DNA of 64,000 nt from Octopus vulgaris. Lineage: Eukaryota. The notes below the pieces were generated by a model, which was given only the letters and a program-made list of their open reading frames with translations, did no database searches and was not told the origin of the DNA. The translations under genes were made by a program, and so were the position numbers. Below, piece by piece: positions 30,074 to 42,917 of the stretch. Every line of letters begins with the position of its first letter. The stretch's first letter is position 1. The stretch lies in the NCBI GenBank assembly GCA_951406725.2, contig OX597829.1:28520001-28584000 (forward strand), written 5' to 3'.

Positions 30074-30956
30074 GTAAGTAGCAGAAGATAGGTTCTTAGA
30101 AATAATTTTTGAAATCATTGTTATGTTGAAGACTGACAATAGAAATGAAAGTATCTGATTTAGAGATTCTCTAAGAGGAAAAAAAATTTTCAAATATGAA
30201 AAAACAACAATTATACAATTAATTTGTTTATTACAGGTGAGATTATCATCAAAGATGCTTTGTCCCACACAGAAACTACAGGAGCTACTTAAAAAATGTT
30301 GCAAGCACTTCTATTGGTGAATAAAATCTATTGCAATGTTGAGGAACTCTTCTGCAGAGATCTCAGAAGCACAAGTGTTTCACCCCTCAATTTATACACT
30401 CCACCTGTGTAGAATAAAGAGGACTGAACTAGCCTTCACTTACAGAAGGGTTCCACTATTATTTAGTTAATCAGTTAGGGTTGGCACTTGGATTAAACTG
30501 ATGTGGTTGAAGATAAATTCGGGTATCACCACATCACCCTCAAAAACAAAAATTTACCAAAAAAAAAAAGTTACTTTCTTGTAATTGCTAGCAATATAAC
30601 CATGGAATTAAGACTTAAACATAGAATTTTTTTTTTAAATTTACACACAAGCAGAACAAGACCTACCACATATTCCATGGACATTAAAAAGAACTGTTAA
30701 TTATACACACACACACGAGTTTGTGTATTTTAAAAGGATGTCGGGAAAAATTTATTTGTTAAACATATTTTATTTGTGTTTGGAATGGATAGGGGAAATA
30801 TATTATATATATTTTTTTAAGTTGTTAACAAGAATGTATTTTATTATTATTATTATAATCTTATAGCACAGTAAGAATTGAAATAATCTAATTGGTAAAT
30901 CATAGAAGAGCAATTGGATATATGTCCTACTAAACAATATTTATAAAAATGAATGT

Positions 30957-31410
30957 TTCCAATTTTGGCACAAGGCCAGCAATTTCTTTAGGGGAAGTAG
31001 GTTAGTTGATTGCATTAACCCTATTGCTTAACTGGTACTTTATTTTATCGACCCCTAGGGATGAAAAGCAAAGTTGAACTTGGCAAGATTTGAACTACCC
31101 CAAAGAGCCAGATGTACTGCTAAGCAATTTATCCAATGTTTAATAATTCTGCCAGCTCATCACCTTAAAAAAAAAAAAATAATAATGATGATAATAATAA
31201 TTCAATAAGCACAAGGCCTGAAATTATGGAGGAGGGGTTAGCTGATTACACTGATCCCAGTACTGGACTGGTACTTTATTTTAACAACCGCCACGGGGAT
31301 GAGAGCAAAGCCAACCTAGGTGGGATTCAAACTAAGAACATAAAGAGCCAAAGAAATGTTGCTAAATATTTTGTCCAATATGTTAATGATTCTGCCAGTA
31401 CACCATCTTA
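30957..31410 (-). mobile_element. Two head-to-tail SINE family B copies
   Basis: Homology to 58928-59145. Confidence 0.8.
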
Positions 31411-32008
31411 AAAATATTTAAATAATAATAAAGGAACAATCACCAAGAGCAAATGATAGTGTTTGTCTGAGGGCAGCAATGTTCCTATTTTGGGTGATGC
31501 CAATGTTTTTTTAACTTATTTCTAAGTTTAATTTGCATCCAAATGATTTTTCTAGTGACCACCACATGAAAAATAAATAAATAAAATAAAAATAAGTATA
31601 AAATCCAACAATAAGACCAAAATCTACTTTTCCTTTTTATAAATTATACCTGATTATAATAATTTAGATCAGAAACAATTTTAGAAAACCATCAATTTAG
31701 TTCCATGATGCTAAGAGTTTCTTCCTACCATTAATTATTGACTGCCATACTTGTTTCAAGAGAAAGAAGAACATTGTATCTCCAGTTTTATTTAAAATAA
31801 ATGGCTTCAAATAAACAAAAAACTCTTAAATCATCCTTTAGTTCCTTCCTTCATCTTTGAGATTACAATTTACCAAAATTTGCTTAGTTCAGAACAATTT
31901 AATCTTCTTGAAAGCTAGCCTATAGATTACCAGATCAATATTAATCAGAAATTAGTAATTTTTAATTTCATAAATGTTTTGCTGTAACACATATATATCT
32001 ACACATGG

Positions 32009-32049
<41 letters not shown>

Positions 32050-33260
32050 TACATACAACAAATGACATTGCCTAGCAAAAAAAAAAAAAAAATCATTCAG
32101 TATACAGGAAACAACACAGACATCAAATATAGCCATCTTTTGAAAAGGAGGCTGTGAAAATCTGAAAATATCAAATATGAATTGAATTTTGGAACTTATG
32201 GTTCCAAAGTTAACAGCAAAAATCTGCTAAGAAAATATGAAAAATCTAAACAAAAAAGATAAAACCCAAGCACAGTTGTGCATTTAATGCAACACACACA
32301 CACACATATATACAAATATATATATATATGAAAATGCTCAATACACCCTTGTGGTAGGGTTGTGTGGAATCATATATAAGTGATAGTGGTTTACTTAGTA
32401 GAATGAGAGTTTTGTTCAGATGACATTCTCGCTGGTTTAAAATTCTTTTGAAGTGTGCAGTTGACCAAAGGCACACTGAACAAAATCATAGAATACCTTC
32501 TGCTATAAGAAATTAATACTTGAAAAAAATTTTGTATTTCTATAACTACTCTAATTTCATTTTCCATTATATGAATAAATATATATTAATTTTTAACCAT
32601 TCTCCATTCTCATAAACTTTCTGAGATTCTACACAAATTATTCCAATTGTAAAAGGATATTGACTTAAAGTCATATTTTTCTAAGAATTTTTTTCTGAAC
32701 ACCAGAAATATATATTTTTTTTCCTGAGAGATATTCTTCATTCTTAGGTTTCTTTATTCAGTGAAATTGCACAGTAGTATATATATGCTTTTATTTGTAA
32801 TATTTCAATAAGATTGGAGACAAATATTTGAGATTAATTTCTAAAGGCACGTGAATTTTATATAAATTGCTTCATTCCAAAATTAACTGAGGAATGTGTA
32901 GAGATGGCCAGTTTTAATTGGGCAAGGAAAATATTATTGCTGAATGTTTCTTGAAGAATTAAATCTCTCAAGAATTTCATGATATGGAACTTTATAAGAA
33001 AATATTTTCAAATTATGTTTACTAAAACCTATCAACATTCTAAATGGATGAGAAATATCTTTAGAGAATTTTACAAGATGATGTATTTGATATTTTTTTC
33101 TTCAGGTCTTTTTATGTTAATTCAGTGAGATATCAAAACATTTAAGATTTATTAAAGAGCATGAGAAAAATGCAGAGCAATGTCAATAAATTTACCTGTA
33201 AAACTTTTGCAGTCTAAATGTGGACTTTGTGTGTGCGTGTGTATATAGATAGATAGATAA

Positions 33261-33599
33261 TCTTCTACTTGTTGCAGTCATTTGACTGTGGCCGTGCTGG
33301 ACCACTGCTTTAAAGGGGTTTTAAGTTGAAGAAATTGCCCCCAGGACTTATTCTTTGTAAGCCTAGAACTTAATCTGTCTCTGTTTGCTGAACCACTAAG
33401 TAAACACACCAACATTGGTTGTCAAGCAATGGAAGTGGTGGGAGACAAACACAAAGATACACACATCTATCAAATCCACTCACAAGGCCTTACTCAGTCT
33501 AATGCTACAGTAGAAAACACCCAAGATGCCAGGTAGTGAGATCAAACAGGGGAACATGTGGTTGGGAAGCAAGCTTCTTACCACACAGCCATGCCTGTA
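33261..33599 (-). mobile_element. SINE family A, diverged
   Basis: Homology to 2473-2873. Confidence 0.8.
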
Positions 33600-33607
33600 C
33601 TATATAA

Positions 33608-33828
33608 CCCTTTAGCGCTTAATCTGGCCATATCCGGCCCAAATATTCTGCCTGTTTTATGTTCAAACTAGTAAAATCTAACCTTTCGCACCTACCTTAC
33701 AGTGTCATTCTAAAATATATACAATCATATCACTGAAATTTTGAAGCTATGAGATAATGTCTGATTAATTCAAAACAATGTGAATAAATAAGCATTACAT
33801 TTGACAGAGTAAACTGAATGCTAAAGGG
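33608..33828. mobile_element. piggyBac-like MITE
   Basis: ATAA|CCCTTTAGC...GCTAAAGGG|TTAA; interior is the reverse complement of 14874-15094. Confidence 0.85.
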
Positions 33829-34059
33829 TTAAACACACACACACACATATATAATAGGTTAACACTACAATCTTTGTGTGCTTTTGAAAGACTATTATGT
33901 ATCTTTCACGTTATAATTGTTTTTTTTTAACACATGGTCTTAGACTGAACCACTTGCCAGCCAAATACATATTAAAAATATACATATATGCGCATACATA
34001 CACACACACACATCAATTTAGATATGGACTTTATATATATATATATAATTTGCTGGGTT

Positions 34060-34400
34060 TGGAGAAAGAGGTAGTACCCGTGGCTTTTGCATGCCCTCCT
34101 AGACTAACAAGACTGATGCCATTAATATTCTTCTTTTAAGTCAACAGCTGTAAGAAAGATACGAACAAGAAGGGAGTTCCACAAAGATGACATCTATTTT
34201 TATGCCTTCCTAATTTTCTCAAGAATAATACTTTGAGCAAGTGTTGTAAGTCCTTGATATAAAACACTGGTATCCTTGCTAAACTTCATCTCAAAAGACA
34301 AAGAAAGATAAGACTACTCTCATGTTGTAGCCATCAGTTATGATGTCTTATTCTCATTTGGAGGATGCAGCAAGATTTTTATCAGGCTGTATGTGTGTGA
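34060..34400 (+). mobile_element. Very old LINE reverse-transcriptase remnant
   Basis: Fragments TDAI....QQL*ER and TGILAKL resemble RT motifs TTDAIF.LRQL.EK and GIP.KL; many indels. Confidence 0.35.
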
Positions 34401-35689
34401 ATGTCATGACTGTTCAAATTTGTAGATGAATCGTTTATAAAAATGTTTTCATAATTAAGTGTAAAAGTTAAGATGATGGTTTATAGTGTCAAAATGTGTT
34501 GAATGAATCAAGGGGCAAAAGACTTCTTCATTATATTTTAGAGATCATTGAGGAATACTAGTGTAATCTGATTGGCTATCAGTTATTTTATTCAATGCAA
34601 TTATCAATTCTAATAAAACATGAGATTTTTCAAGATTCATATTGAAGAGAAACGGTATTGTAAAAAAAAAAATTCGGATTAGTCTTTCAAGCTACTTGTC
34701 ATGTCAATATATGCAGAAAGTAAGAGAAAAGATGTCCCCGCCAGGATATAAGTTACAAACAAAAATATTTTGTTGCAAATGGCTGAATGAAAGACCTCTA
34801 TCTCTAAGCGATTGTTTGACCTGCTGCATGGCACCAAATCTCATAGTTTAAAAATAGGGTACATTTGATAATATAGCCATAGACACAATGTCTCAATAGA
34901 AGACTGGATGGTTGGAAATGGAACAGCTTAAATCATCATGAGACTGTTAGGTGTAATTAAACAACTGTCACAATATATGCAAAAAACTTGGACAAAATCA
35001 AAAGAAAATGAAGAAAGTTTTTAGATATTGACAATAACCAGTGAAAATTTCATTAACGAAACAGTTGGCCCAAGTTCAGTTATATTAAGAATAAGTAATG
35101 CAAAACTAATATACGATGTTAAACATATAGTAATTGATTCTCTCATTATTTACTTCGACAAGTATTCAGGATATGTTTCACTGGCAAGGTCAGAATAACA
35201 CTAAAAGTATCTAGAATTGTCTCCCACATACAACCTCCTAACCCAAAAAGAAAACAAGAATTATAATAGTTGACTAATATTTCCCCCTAACTACATAATT
35301 ATTTTTAGTTTATTTTATTGACCCTCTTCATTAAATTGGATATAGTTTGGTAAACACGATGTCACCTGTCTTGGGCTGAAGCACATAGTTTTTTACTTTT
35401 TTTCTTAAGTATTGCAACAATCAAAGGTTGTAGTTTTCAAAGAAATTATTTATTATTGTCTAACAATATTTGCGAACGAACTTCAGACATAAAGTTTGCC
35501 AGAGCATTGCCAACAAGCATTATATTACGTTATAATTTTCTCATGCGAGAAACTAAGCCAATGCTGTCTTCATAGTTCATACATAGGCTACGGCAGTCAT
35601 TGATATAGATTTGGTCTTAACACAAACTAAAAAAAGTAAGAAAGAAGTACTAAACTGGTTTAAGTGTAGATTACAGATTATCTAATAAT

Positions 35690-35916
35690 AATTCTTTCTA
35701 TTATGAGCACAAGGCCAGAAAATTTTTTGAGGAGGGGATGATCGATTACATCGACTCCAGCACTTGACTGGTACTTTATTTCATCGAGTCTGAAAAGGAT
35801 GAAAAGCAAAGTTGAGCTCGGTAGAATTTGAACTCAGATCGTAAAAAGATGGAAGAAATGTTGCTAAGCATTCAGCGTTCTGTTCAGCGTGCTAACAATC
35901 CTGCCAGCTCACCGTC
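35690..35916 (-). mobile_element. SINE family B
   Basis: Homology to 58928-59145. Confidence 0.85.
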
Positions 35917-37099
35917 TGAGCCCACACGTAAACCACACTGACCATCTCCCACCTCACCACTCTATTTGCTTGCTTTATATGGGCCAAGACGTATATTATT
36001 TCATACACTCCATTTAACCCGGTTCAAACGTAACAAACTATATATGCTTGTTATGGACGAGCAATTAGCAACAAGATAATAAAAGCAAGTCCATGCGTAA
36101 AACTTTGTTTTCGTATTTCTGATATTTCTAGAAATTATTAAACATGAGCGCCTAAATGTGAACGATAAAAAACACACAGACACCCACGCACAAACACATT
36201 CCCGCACATATATATGCATAGATACGTACACACGTAGCACAAAAAAAAAACCCCGACCCCTCCAAAATACTAGCACAATAAATTGAATATTAAATAAGGG
36301 TAGACAGATACGTTTGAGTGTATGTGTGTAATAAGTATGAGTGTGTGTGTACTGTAATACGTGTATTTATTAAGAGAGCAGATCGACGGTTTTTGTTATT
36401 AATCATGTTAATTAATGAATTGTGCTAAGGAAACTGTTCAATGAACAGTGTGATAGAGTAGCAAAGTATCGATTGGGAGTTTGTAAATGTTAGGCAGCCA
36501 ACAGGAGTGGGCCGAGAAAGGGAAGGAGAAAAAAAAGTGTATGAAGGAGGAAGAGGAGGTAAAAAAAAGAGAGAAAGAGAAAGTGTGCGTAAAGGAGGCG
36601 TAAAGACAGACAGACAAAGAGAAAGAGAGAGAGAGGGGAGTGAGCTTCCACATAGCTTTCAACTATCAAGGGAGGTAACTCGACTATTTACCTATGTATT
36701 TAGGTCAAACAGAAATTATGAATGGAGTTCTGTGCTGAGACTCCATTCATGAAATTTATTAATTTTTTTTATTAAACAGAAGCCGCTCGACAGCAAGTTT
36801 AAACAAGACACTTGAAGATGAACTTCTTAATGCTTATAAACTACACACAACTGATAGAAACTTTCGATACAAAACAATAATAAAGATAATGATTTGTGAA
36901 TTTGGCGGGAGACAACAGTAGATTAAATGAATGTGTGCTGCTTGACTGCTATACATTTATTTTTATCAACGACGTAAGGGTGAATGGCTGTCAGTTTTGA
37001 CTTTCACGGGATTTGAACTTAAAACTATGCAATATTTTTGTCAAGTATTTTACCGATTTTGCAGTTACTATTTTAATATTAATAATCGTAACAATGGGT

Positions 37100-37500
37100 T
37101 CAAATGTTGGCACAAGGCCAGCAACTTGGGGACAGGGTGTTAGTCAACTATTTATTTTATTGATCCCAAAAGGAGAAAAGGCAAAGTCGACCAGGCGGTA
37201 TTTGAACTCAAAACAAAGTTGGGTGAAATGCCGCTAAGCATTTTTTTCCAGCGCGGTTAACGATTCTGCCAGCTCGCCTTATCTACGCCCCTGTGGCTAA
37301 TAAAAGAAATTATTATTATTATTATTAAAAATATTTTCTTCTATAGGCACAATGCCTGAAATTTTGGGAGAGGAGGCTAGTCGTTTACATCGGTTCCAAA
37401 GGGGCAAAATTAACCTCAGAATTTAAACTCGAAGCGCAAAGCCGGAATAAATGCTACAAGCATTTTATCCGGTATGCTAACGCTTCTGCCGGCTCGCCGT
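37100..37500 (-). mobile_element. Two SINE family B copies with CpGs retained
   Basis: Homology to 58928-59145. Confidence 0.8.
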
Positions 37501-38029
37501 TCCAATGATATCTAATATATATTTTGAAAGGGCGCGTTAACCAATTAAATTAACCACAGTACTGCTTAATGGTATATTTTCATTGACCATAAGTAGTACC
37601 AGAGCACAACAGGTACACGGAGAATACATGTTCATCAGCATGCTCGTTACGATTTTCGTAGATGAAAATATAACCCCAAAAATGAAGATATATTTAATAT
37701 TAATCTTAACTCTGTACCCCATCTGGCCAGTAAACAATGCTTTATACTTAGTATAGACCGATTGCAATTTCCAATAAAGACACAAATGAAAGAAAATTTA
37801 TGAAATACATGTGTGTGTGTATTATGTGTATTTGATACACATATATTTATGTATGTATATACACACACATATAAACATGTGTATCTATGCACGCACACAT
37901 AAGTACGTTTATATACATACACACATATATATGTATATTTTAAAAAAAATGTGTAGAGGTAACACACGAGTAAGTAGATATGAAAAACAAGAACGAAAAT
38001 GCTATTTTCGTTCTTGTTTTTCATACATA

Positions 38030-38195
38030 CACACATAAGTACATGTTTATATATACACATATAAGTACATGTTTATATATACATATATATACACATGTAA
38101 GCACATGTTTATATATATACACACAAACATCTAAGTACATGTTTATATATACATATATATATAGACGCATCTAAGTAAATGTTTATACATATATA
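38030..38195. repeat. Minisatellite, about 5 units around (T)AAGTACATGTTTATATATAC
   Basis: Direct reading. Confidence 0.85.
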
Positions 38196-41100
38196 TATAT
38201 ACAAATACGTTTTTTTAGGAAGTTGTTATAGCTAGTCAAAGAGTGACCATTGGTCTCACACTTATAAATATATGTGTGTGTGTATACACACAAAACTGTG
38301 TGTAGACACTATCATCAAATTATACATATATACATATGATATAAATAAATTGTATGAGTTTACATTTAGTGGTTTGATCAACAGAATTATCAACCTCATT
38401 GAATTCAGGATGTATGTGGTTGAGTATTCCGTAGATAAGTGTACCTTTATCAGAAGTAGTGTGATAGAATGTGACATGGGTGGACCTTTGAATTGCTCAC
38501 ACAATTTATCTGATGAGCTTCCGCAGGTTTTGCCTTCCCATTTCACTCTCATAGTGTGGAACAATCTGGTTCTATGGAAAATATCTATCCAAGATCTAAG
38601 ATGTCATACAGTGAAACTGAACCTGGGAGTTAGTGATTAAGAATAAACTTCCAAACTATTCCATCATATTTGCATATATCATCATCACCATTGGACACCC
38701 ACCTCACATGCTCGTTTGGGTTGCACGGTTCGACAGCATTCTATGAGCCAGAATAATGCGTTGTGCACCAATATCTGGTTTGGTGGGGGTTTCTACAGCT
38801 GAATGCTCTAGGTACAATCCATAAGTAAAAATGGAATGATTCTACATATGTAAGTTAAGTATTTTTTGACCAATGCCATTGAAACATCAACTATGGACAT
38901 ATCTTACAAGTGTCCACCAGATTCTTTGATCTTTGGTTCTCAGTTTGGCTGTTTCTTTATTAGAATGTGTAACCAAATACCGTTGATATTCATGTATCTG
39001 AACTGCTAATACTCTAAAAATATACTGGAAGAAATTTAAAAAAAAAACTGATTAGTATTTAGAATTTAGAATAAAAGTTCTAAAAATTTCATTCAAGTAT
39101 TAAAATAATTAAAACTAAAAGTCATAACAAAAAAGAGAATTAAATAAGTTAGAGCAGAGGATGGCAGACTTGGAGCATCAGACAAAATACATTGTGGTAT
39201 TCAATTGTGACCTGTTTATGTTCTGGGCACGAGTTCAAAATCCTTTGGGATCAACTATGCACATTATTTAATTCTGAGGTTGATTTAAAATAAGTCCAGG
39301 GGTGGTGGTGGTGGTGGTGGTAAGTTATGCAATTAGCTCCCTTTTTGATGGAAAGTGCCAAAGCATGGCCACAATCCAATGAATTAAACTAGTAACAGAA
39401 TGTGCTAACACACACACACACTTTCTTTTTCTCTCTCTGTTTTTCACACACACAGACAAGAGTTTATCAGAAGAGAATATTCCAGTCTGAGAGCAGAAAG
39501 TTTTTGAGAGAAATGGTGCCAGTTGTGAGGAAAGAGTAGAGTGGATGTATGACGACTGTAATCATGTTGGTTAATTGCTGAAAGTGGAAATAGGCGGAAA
39601 CTAAAAACAGATAAAAATGACAAGACAGCCAAGCTTGTGAGTGTTTAATGAGCAAAACTTGGGTACATTGGAGGTGTGTGTGTGTGTGTGCGTGCGTGTG
39701 TATGTGTGTGAGTGCAATCGACAGCAGCAAAATTATGGTGTGTGCATGCGTTTTACGTGTGTGTGTGTGTATCTGCATGTGAGTGCATGAAATTAACAGC
39801 TGTAGAATTATGTGTGTGTGTGTGTGTATGGAGGTAGTTGGGCTGAGAGAGAGGGGAGAGAACCACTGAAGACTGTGCCAGATAAAGAAACTAAGCAAGG
39901 AGCTGGAAACAGATTGTTTAAATGTAAAAATATATATATATATAAAACTTAAGTGTAAGTGTGTGAACAAATGAGATATTGAATAATTAATTTTCATGTA
40001 GCTATATAGCTGCATCTACATGCAAATGTATGTATGTGCATGTAGATACATACGATATATATATATACACACATATATATATATACACACACATATAATA
40101 TATATACATATATATACACACACACACGTGTCTATATATATACATACACGTAAATATACTAACTAGTTGTGCAAAGAACAAGATAGTCTCTTTTCTTTTT
40201 CTTTCCAACACTGCCATTAGGCAGGTGGTTAGTTTGATACAAACATTGAATGATTGTGTGTGTGTGTGTACATATAAACACACATACAAGCATGTATGTG
40301 CATACCCATATATATATATATACATACATGCATATACATATACATATAATGCATACCCATATATATGCGAGAGGGCAATCATGCATATACACACACACAT
40401 ACACATGGGCATGTGTATGTATGATTGTATATGTGTGTGTTTGAGTGTAATTATAATTCTGAGTGTAGTCAAGAAGTAGTTAATAATAATAATAATAATA
40501 AAGTTTGAATTGGTAAAATGGGCAACTCGGAACAGGTGGGGGTAACCACAACTTGCTGCTGTTGATACTGTTGCTGCTGCTGCCATTGCAAACAGGATGT
40601 AGGAATTGGTAGTAAGTGACAATTAAGGTAGATGTACAGATCATTCAAAGTTGCTCTTGGCAGGAAGTATATCATTCTGATAGCACTCAAAGTAATTAGG
40701 GCGGTGAAGATGATGAGGACGAGGATAGCATAGTGGTGGCTGAGGATGGTGGTGGCAGTGGTGGTGGAAAAAAAAAAGTGGGTTGTAGTTTTTTTAGCAC
40801 AGCTCAGCAGTGTTGAGAAGAAAGAAAGCAAGAACAAGGGAGACTCTACAAAGTATAAATCTAAAAATAAAATATGAAAAAAAAAAAAAAAAAATGTTCT
40901 ACTCCCCAAAAGTAGTAAATATCAGGAGCATAAAAATAAATAGATAAGGAAAGAATTAAATTTTTTAAAAATATAATAAAATGCATTAAGACAGAGTGTA
41001 TATATAAAATATATGCACATGCAATAAATAAATAAAACATCTGTTTTATATACAGCTAAGATATAAGGGTTGTGTGTGTGTGTATCTGTATCTTTGTATG

Positions 41101-41407
41101 TATATTTTATATATTTTGAGATGATATTCAGTTAATTTACTGATATACAAAAAAAGGGGGGGGGATTTTACATTTTATATTTTAAATAGTTATTTACAAT
41201 ATAAATGCAATGATAGAATCTGTACATATTTTACAAAGTAAAAATTAAAATTATATTACATACAGCTATTGCATCAGCAGAAGTGGAATTGTTTTTAACT
41301 TTTAAACTATTTACAATGTTACATTTAAAATAATAAAATTGAAATTTGAAAAAAAAAGAAAAATCCCATTAAATTTTATGTGATGATGATGATGATGATG
41401 ATGAATA

Positions 41408-42035
41408 ATTCTTTCTACTTTGAAGCACAAGACCTAAAACTTTGGGGGAGGGGGCTAGCTGATCGCATCAACCTCACTTAACCCCAAAGGACGAAAGGCA
41501 TGTCACCTTGGTGGAATTTGAACTCAGAATGTAAAGCTGGAAAAAAATGCTGCTGAGCATTTTATCTGGTGTACTAATGATTTTGCCAGCTCACTACATG
41601 ATGATGATAAAAATAATGTTTCTGTTTTAGTCACAAGGCCAGCATTTTTGAGAAGAGTGGGAAATATATATACATATATATATATATAAAAAGGTTTAGT
41701 CAATCACATTGATACCAGTACTAGATTGGTACTTTATTTTACCGATGCTCTCTTAAAGAAGGATGAAGATCAAATTTGACTTCAGTGTGATTTGAACTCA
41801 GAGAGCTGGAACAAAACTGAAGCATTTTCCCCCAATGTTCTATCAATTCTGTAACTGCCAATACACAACCCAGGTGCAATGCCAGAAAACTGGGAAGAAA
41901 AGAAAGAAATAGCAGTGAAGTACTGATGAGTTCAGTATTTCACATGTACTTTATTTCATTGATCTACTAGGAATGATGAAAGACAAGTTAACTTCAGCAG
42001 AATTTGAAATCAGAATCAGAACATAAAGAACTGAA
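41408..42035 (-). mobile_element. Cluster of three co-oriented SINE family B copies
   Basis: Repeated family B motifs separated by (GAT/AAT)n. Confidence 0.75.
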
Positions 42036-42589
42036 ACAAACACAAGACTTAATTTTTTTTTTTGTCTTGTGAAATGATTCCATCAAACTTTATGAGTTCA
42101 TGACAAACCACACATCTATCTATCTATCGACCGACCGACCTACCTACTTACCTATCTAGATAGATAGACTGACAGATGGATAGATAAACAGATATAGTAT
42201 TAAATTTCCCTAAGCTAAGTTTTGATTACCTACAGATAAAACTAGTTTCTATTCTCAAAGAATTAAAAAAAAAAAACATTTGCAATTTCTCCCACTGTTA
42301 TAATAATAATAATTCCCAGTATTTGGTAAAACACCAAATTCTTTAACAGGCTGGCAAGATAAAAGAGAAACTTAAAGTTTTAGAATGTAATTTTTATAAA
42401 ATAAAATACTTTTTAAAACTGTCTTAAATGCTTTGGCAGCAGGAGAGCAAAGTAATTTAACTACCTAATAGAAGAATTTCAGAGAAATAAATAAAAAGAA
42501 GTGCTCCAAATAAAAGGAGTAGTGTGAGTGGGTGTACAGCAGGAAAACAATGAGTGTCAGAGTGTTTACATCATTACTAACCAGGTAAC

Positions 42590-42917
42590 AGGTAAAGACT
42601 CCCTTTGGTCATGAATGACAATGGGGTTGGACCTAGAAAATTACCCTCCAAGGCACAAGTCTGGGAAATGTTGTTCATGGAAGACCAGCAGTCGCCCATG
42701 AATTCCAGCCTCCCTTCTCCATATCACTGATGTTATCCAAGGGAAAAGCAAAGGCCGATACAGCTTGGCACCAGTGACGTCGCAACTCATTTCTACAGAT
42801 GACTGAAGTGGAGCAACATGAAATAAAATGTCTTGCTCAAGCACAATACACAGCCTGGTTTGGGTATCGAACTCACTACCCCATGATTATGAGCCTGATG
42901 CTCTAACCACTGAGCCA
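42590..42917 (-). mobile_element. SINE family E, near full length
   Basis: Head TGGCTCAGTGGTTAGAGCATC...GTTCGATACC; matches 9391-9547 and extends to an ATTCATGACCAAAGGGGAGTCTTTACC tail. Confidence 0.85.

Larger units (their letters stand above)
35450..37800. promoter_or_regulatory. CpG-retaining (putatively unmethylated) island; candidate promoter or enhancer
   Basis: About 15 CpGs in 36001-36400 versus about 2 in 32100-33200. SINE copies here keep CpGs that are TG/CA in most other copies. Purine-rich tract 36500-36640. Confidence 0.5.

Noticed and set aside
30220-30440. Possible plus-strand exon after TTTGTTTATTACAG
   Set aside because: All frames close quickly with no recognisable protein and no convincing partner splice site
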